A stretch of DNA of 32,000 nt from Deinococcus radiodurans R1 = ATCC 13939 = DSM 20539 (GTDB lineage Bacteria; Deinococcota; Deinococci; Deinococcales; Deinococcaceae), in assembly GCF_000008565.1 (NCBI RefSeq), contig NC_001263.1, forward strand, positions 2,413,347 through 2,445,346, in the 5' to 3' direction. Below are positions 28,298 to 32,000 of the stretch, piece after piece (position 1 is the first letter of the stretch; the number at the start of each line of letters is the position of its first letter). The position numbers and the translations under genes were made by a program. Below the pieces are notes generated by a model. It searched no databases and was not told the DNA's origin. It saw nothing but the letters and a program-made list of their open reading frames with translations.

Positions 28298-28523
28298 AAC
28301 GGTTAAGAATAGCGCCTGAGCGCTGCGGGCCGGATGAAGGGAGCCTGAAACGGCGCGGCTGACAAGCCGGTCGCAGGGGCGAGGGCGGTGCGCTATCTTC
28401 GGATTGTTCAGCGCAGAATTTGTTATTTGCGAACTCTCCCGCGCTGTTCCCCTGGGGCTGGAGCCCGGTTTCTTGCCCAGGGAGCCTGTTTGACCCATCT
28501 CGATCGTTTTCGGAGGACCCAGC

Positions 28524-29036
28524 TTGAAGCGCCGTCTGAGTTTTACCCCCGCTTTGCCGCATCACGCTCCGATCCTGCACCAGCTGTACCAGGACACGCC
28601 CGGTTATTTCGACCTGCTCGGGGGCGAGGTGCCCACCCTCGGTGAGGTGCAGCACGACCTGCTCACCGCCGCCGAGGACCCGCACCGGCAACTCGAACTG
28701 CTGCACGACGACCAGGGCGAACTGCTCGGCAGCGTGGACTACAAGACCGAGTACCCCAGTCCCGGCGACCTCACCATCAACCTGCTGCTGATCAAGGAGG
28801 GGCGCCAGAGCCAGGGCTGGGGCGCCGAGGTGGTGCGGCAGCTCGAAGCCCGGCACGCCCTGCGCAGCCGCCGGGTGCTCGCCAGCGTGCTCGGCGACAA
28901 CGTACGCGGCGTGCAGTTCTGGGAACGCCTGGGCTACCACTTCGAGCTCGACGCCCGCCCGGTGATGACGTGGTACGCCAAGGAGCTGCCCGGCTCGCCC
29001 GCACCTCGCCAAACGCTCCTCACAGGGCGCTGCTGA
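28524..29036 (+). CDS. GNAT family N-acetyltransferase
   Basis: [24 protein letters not shown]...FWERLGY is the GNAT motif A region. The TTG start has GGAGGA 6 nt upstream. Confidence 0.7.
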   Translation: MKRRLSFTPALPHHAPILHQLYQDTPGYFDLLGGEVPTLGEVQHDLLTAAEDPHRQLELLHDDQGELLGSVDYKTEYPSPGDLTINLLLIKEGRQSQGWGAEVVRQLEARHALRSRRVLASVLGDNVRGVQFWERLGYHFELDARPVMTWYAKELPGSPAPRQTLLTGRC

Positions 29037-29088
29037 CGGGACGCTGCTGACGCCGACAGCGTAGGCCACCATCGCCTACACTCCGGGC

Positions 29089-29838
29089 ATGATCGTCAAG
29101 TACGGCGGCAATGCCATGAAAAGCCTCGACCTGCGCCGCGCCGTGGCCCGTGAACTCGGGACGCTGCGCGGCGCAATGCCGCTCGTGGTCGTGCACGGCG
29201 GCGGGCCGGTCATCGAACGCGAACTCGCGGCGCGGGGCGTAGCGAGCGAATTTATCGGCGGCCTGCGCGTGACCACGCCCGAGGCGATGGACGTGGTGGA
29301 AATGGCGCTGTGCCAGCTTAATAAGCAGCTTTCGCAGGACATTGGGCAGGCGGTGGGGCTGATGGGCCGCGACGACGAGTTGCTGCGTGCTGAAGTGCTC
29401 GACCCCCAGCTCGGGCGGGTGGGCCGCGTGACCGGCGTGAATGCCGGGCTGCTGCGGACGCTGCTCGGCGCGGGGCTCACCCCGGTGGTGGGCTGCGTGG
29501 CGGTGGGCGAGGACGGTGAGGCGCTCAATGTCAACGCTGACACGGTGGCCGGCGCAGTGGCCGGGGCGCTGGGCGAGGGGGCCGTCTTCCTGACCGACGT
29601 GGACGGCGTGTACCGCGCCTACCCCGACCCGGACAGCCGCGCCGCGCAGCTCACCCGCGCCGAGGTGGAAGACGGCCTTGCGGCGGGCTGGATTGCCGGG
29701 GGCATGATTCCCAAAGTGCGGGCGGCGCTCGACGCACTGGGGCGGGGCGCCCCCTTCGCCATCATCGCCAGCGGGATGACGGCGGGCGTACTCGCGCAGG
29801 CGGCGCGGGGGGAGGCCGGAACGCGCATCGTGCCCTGA
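29089..29838 (+). CDS. argB: Acetylglutamate kinase (amino-acid kinase family, short type)
   Basis: Motifs are [10 protein letters not shown]...LVVVHGGGP...[17 protein letters not shown]...[16 protein letters not shown]...FLTDVDGVY...GGMIPKV. Confidence 0.82.
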   Translation: MIVKYGGNAMKSLDLRRAVARELGTLRGAMPLVVVHGGGPVIERELAARGVASEFIGGLRVTTPEAMDVVEMALCQLNKQLSQDIGQAVGLMGRDDELLRAEVLDPQLGRVGRVTGVNAGLLRTLLGAGLTPVVGCVAVGEDGEALNVNADTVAGAVAGALGEGAVFLTDVDGVYRAYPDPDSRAAQLTRAEVEDGLAAGWIAGGMIPKVRAALDALGRGAPFAIIASGMTAGVLAQAARGEAGTRIVP

Positions 29839-29846
29839 GACAAGTC

Positions 29847-30407
29847 TTACTGCACCCGGCTGAAAATGAGCGTGTCGCGCAGTTGGGTGGGGTCAGCGAC
29901 CGAGACCTCGGCATTTTTCAGTAGCGCGTCTTGCGTATAGCCCAGGGCGCGGGGAATGCGGGCGCTGCGCTCGTTGCTGGCGTCACAGTGAATTTCCAGG
30001 CGGCGAAAGCCCAGCGTGTTCAGGCCGTAGTCAGTGAGAAATTCGGTCACCTCCTGCGCGTAACCCTGCCCGGTGTGCGGCGTGGCAATCCAGTAACCGA
30101 TTTCGGCCTTCGGTACCCGCCAGTCGAGCGCGTGGTAGCCGCTGCTGCCGATGAGTTCGCGGCCATCGGCGCTCCAGACCATCAGGCGCAGGTTTTCGCC
30201 CGTGCGGTACGCCTCCTGCGCCCGGGTCAGGTTCTCGGTGGCCTGCTCCAACGTCTGCACCTCCTGCGCCCACGCCATCCAGCGCCGCAACTCGGCGTGC
30301 GACTCGGCAATGGCGCGGACCTGCGCGGTGGCGTCCTCCGGGCGGGGCGCGCGCAGCAGCAGGCGCGGGGTGCGGAATTCGGTGGGCAGGTCGGCGGGCG
30401 CGGTCAT
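29847..30407 (-). CDS. GNAT acetyltransferase, RimJ/RimL-like (Acetyltransf_3)
   Basis: Motifs are RLLLRAPRPEDA...AEIGYWIATPHTGQGYAQEV...LGFRRLEIHCDASNERSARIPRALGY. Confidence 0.75.
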   Translation of the reverse strand: MTAPADLPTEFRTPRLLLRAPRPEDATAQVRAIAESHAELRRWMAWAQEVQTLEQATENLTRAQEAYRTGENLRLMVWSADGRELIGSSGYHALDWRVPKAEIGYWIATPHTGQGYAQEVTEFLTDYGLNTLGFRRLEIHCDASNERSARIPRALGYTQDALLKNAEVSVADPTQLRDTLIFSRVQ

Positions 30408-30511
30408 GCGGCCATTGTGGCGCGACGCGGCCAGGAAGCGAAATAAGCCGACTGGCTCATAAAAAAGGAGAGAGAACCAGCGTTTGGTCCCCTCCCCCTA
30501 CGGAATAGTGC

Positions 30512-31987
30512 TCAGCCGCGCACGACTTCCAGAATCTTCTCGCCGTACTTGCCGAGGCGCGCCGGACCCATCCCGCGCACGGCGGCGAGGTCTTCGAGGG
30601 TGTAGGGCACCCGGCGGGCGATTTCGGCGAGCGCCGCGTTGCTTGCCACGATGAAGCGGCTGATTTCCTGCCGCTTGGCCTCGGCGTTGCGCCACTCGCG
30701 CAGCCGGGCGTAAATGGCGGCCTGCTCGTCGGTGAGGTCGGCGGCGGGTCCATCCTGCGCAGCGTCGGCGGTGGGCGCCGGGGGCGCACTCGGCAGGTCG
30801 GGCGCCAGCGGCTCGGCAGGGGTCTGCGCGGCGCTCGCCCCGCCTTCTTCGGCGGTGGGGGCTTCTTCGGCAGCGGAGGCGTCCTGCGGCTCGGCGGCTT
30901 CAGGTTCGGGTGCCTCGACCTGGGGCTCAAAGGTCTGGGCTTCAGAGGAGACAGGCGCGGCGTGCTCGGCCACGAACAGTTCGGCGGGCGTCACCTGGGC
31001 GGCGGCGTCCCCCGCGTCGGCCTCGGAGAGGGTGTCGGCGAGCGGCGGCGTCAGCGGCAGAGGCGGCGCGTCGGGGCCACTGCTGACGGTGTGGGTCAGC
31101 GGCACGTTTTGCGGGGCGTGGTCGCTGAACACGATTTCGGGTTCCCAGGGCAGGTCCTCAGACGGCGCCGGGGCTTGCTGCGGAGCCTCAAAGGTAAAGC
31201 GTTCGAGTTCGGCGGGGCGAGCCGGGGCATCGTCACGGCGCTCACCCGTCCGCGTGGGACGGTCCGGCCCCGGCGACGGGCGGAAGCGGTCGCGGCGGCC
31301 CTCGCGGCGCCGATCATCACGGAAACGGTCTTCACGCGGGCGGTCTTCGCGGGAGCGCTCAGGGCGGGAAACCCGCTGTTCGGAGCGGCGCTCGGGACGG
31401 TCTTCACGGTCGGCGGGGGCGCGGCCTTCGGCGTTGTCACGCGGGCGGTCCTCGTTGCGCTGCCTCTCATCACGTTGGCCCTGCTCACGCTGACTCGCTT
31501 CGCCCTGACCCGAAGCACGCTGGTCCTGACGCCGCGCTTCCGGTTGGTCGCGCAGCAGCCCCAGCACCTGCTCGGGGTCTTCGAGGCCGGGCGTGAGCAG
31601 CAGGCCGTCAGGCACGTGCCGCGCCGCCGCGAGGACGCCGCCGAGCTGGGCGGGGGTGTCCGCCGCCGAGTCGGGCGCCAGCAGCAGCGCGGTGGGACCG
31701 GCCTGCCGCACCGAGGCGCCGAGGCGGTCGGTGAGCTGCGTCGCCGTGCGGGCAAAGCGGGCGAGGCGCAGGGGCAGGGTCGCCACGTCGCGCAGGGCGA
31801 GCGCCACCGCGAGGTCGCTGGGGGGCGGCGCAGCGGGCGTGGGCGCCGTGCCAGAGCCGAAGAGGGCGGCGAGGGGCGCGTCGGCGTGTCCGGTCAGCGT
31901 CACGGCGTTGCGGTAGACCACGTAGTCCGCACCCTGCCGGGGCCAACCGCCGCCCGGCGCGAGGGTGGCGTCCACGATGACGCGCAC
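30512..31987 (-). CDS. Fusion protein: PLP-enzyme-like (Cys/Met-metabolism fold) C-terminal region, then an Arg/Glu/Asp-rich linker, an acidic Pro/Ala-rich region and a C-terminal HRDC domain; 5'-partial
   Basis: The C-terminus LTDEQAAIYARLREWRNAEAKRQEISRFIVASNAALAEIARRVPYTLEDLAAVRGMGPARLGKYGEKILEVV is a clear HRDC domain. The N-terminal visible part (AQLGGVLAAARHVPDGLLLTPGLEDPEQVLGLL) resembles the SLGGxES...RLSVGLED end of trans-sulfuration-type PLP enzymes. The frame stays open from 31987 to the window end. Confidence 0.65.
   Translation of the reverse strand: MRVIVDATLAPGGGWPRQGADYVVYRNAVTLTGHADAPLAALFGSGTAPTPAAPPPSDLAVALALRDVATLPLRLARFARTATQLTDRLGASVRQAGPTALLLAPDSAADTPAQLGGVLAAARHVPDGLLLTPGLEDPEQVLGLLRDQPEARRQDQRASGQGEASQREQGQRDERQRNEDRPRDNAEGRAPADREDRPERRSEQRVSRPERSREDRPREDRFRDDRRREGRRDRFRPSPGPDRPTRTGERRDDAPARPAELERFTFEAPQQAPAPSEDLPWEPEIVFSDHAPQNVPLTHTVSSGPDAPPLPLTPPLADTLSEADAGDAAAQVTPAELFVAEHAAPVSSEAQTFEPQVEAPEPEAAEPQDASAAEEAPTAEEGGASAAQTPAEPLAPDLPSAPPAPTADAAQDGPAADLTDEQAAIYARLREWRNAEAKRQEISRFIVASNAALAEIARRVPYTLEDLAAVRGMGPARLGKYGEKILEVVRG
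31220..31549 (-). repeat. Coding low-complexity region with degenerate DNA repeats (RPER/DRPRE-type units)
   Basis: The protein reads QPEARRQDQRASGQGEASQREQGQRDERQRNEDRPRDNAEGRAPADREDRPERRSEQRVSRPERSREDRPREDRFRDDRRREGRRDRFRPSPGPDRPTRTGERRDD. On the plus strand, units such as tcacgcgggcggtc(t/c)tcg and ggtcttcacg recur. Confidence 0.7.
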
Positions 31988-32000
31988 GCCAGCGCGGCGG

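Overview
This is a GC-rich bacterial chromosomal window with strong G/C preference at third codon positions. I can support about 36 protein-coding genes or gene remnants, and I found no rRNA, tRNA or CRISPR array. The gene content looks Deinococcus-like to me. From memory, rnj and an OmpR-type regulator are neighbours in D. radiodurans, but I cannot verify that here.

Genes in order along the window:
- 53-2891: a GHL10-like secreted glycosidase (5' partial) and chrA.
- 3131-5797: a small secreted protein followed by an OmpR response regulator and a HAMP histidine kinase.
- 5983-11388: RNase J (split by one base), then a second OmpR regulator (3' frameshift), a multi-PAS histidine kinase and a receiver-only regulator.
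- 11423-14008: an HD hydrolase, mscL and an M32 carboxypeptidase.
- 14035-16869: a degraded tnpB-only IS200/IS605-type element with an IS630-family element nested in its left end, then a decayed kptA remnant.
- 16905-20991: a NadM-Nudix gene whose Nudix box has lost its catalytic acidic residues, a lipoprotein split at a C5 run, and two LptF/LptG-type permeases.
- 20882-24657: a GNAT, a carbon-nitrogen hydrolase, def-fmt and a scramblase/LURP-like gene (split).
- 24676-28297: an EamA transporter, endonuclease III preceded by a translationally coupled 59-aa hydrophilic ORF, a DinB-family protein and a tRNA-dihydrouridine synthase.
- 28524-31987: a GNAT, argB, a RimJ-like GNAT, and a protein combining a PLP-enzyme-like domain, an Arg/Glu/Asp-rich linker and an HRDC domain (5' partial).

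Main observations:
- The density of single-base frame disruptions in otherwise intact, conserved genes is unusually high. This could be a sequence-quality problem or real decay.
- The mobile-element region is a nested IS630-in-IS605 arrangement. The IS630 transposase has an A8 slippage site.
- The Nudix box of NadM-Nudix is degenerate.
- The HRDC fusion protein has an unusual architecture.
- A small hydrophilic ORF is translationally coupled to nth.

I did not find a clearly novel multi-gene system. Many long ORFs in the six-frame track are antisense artefacts of the GC-rich composition.
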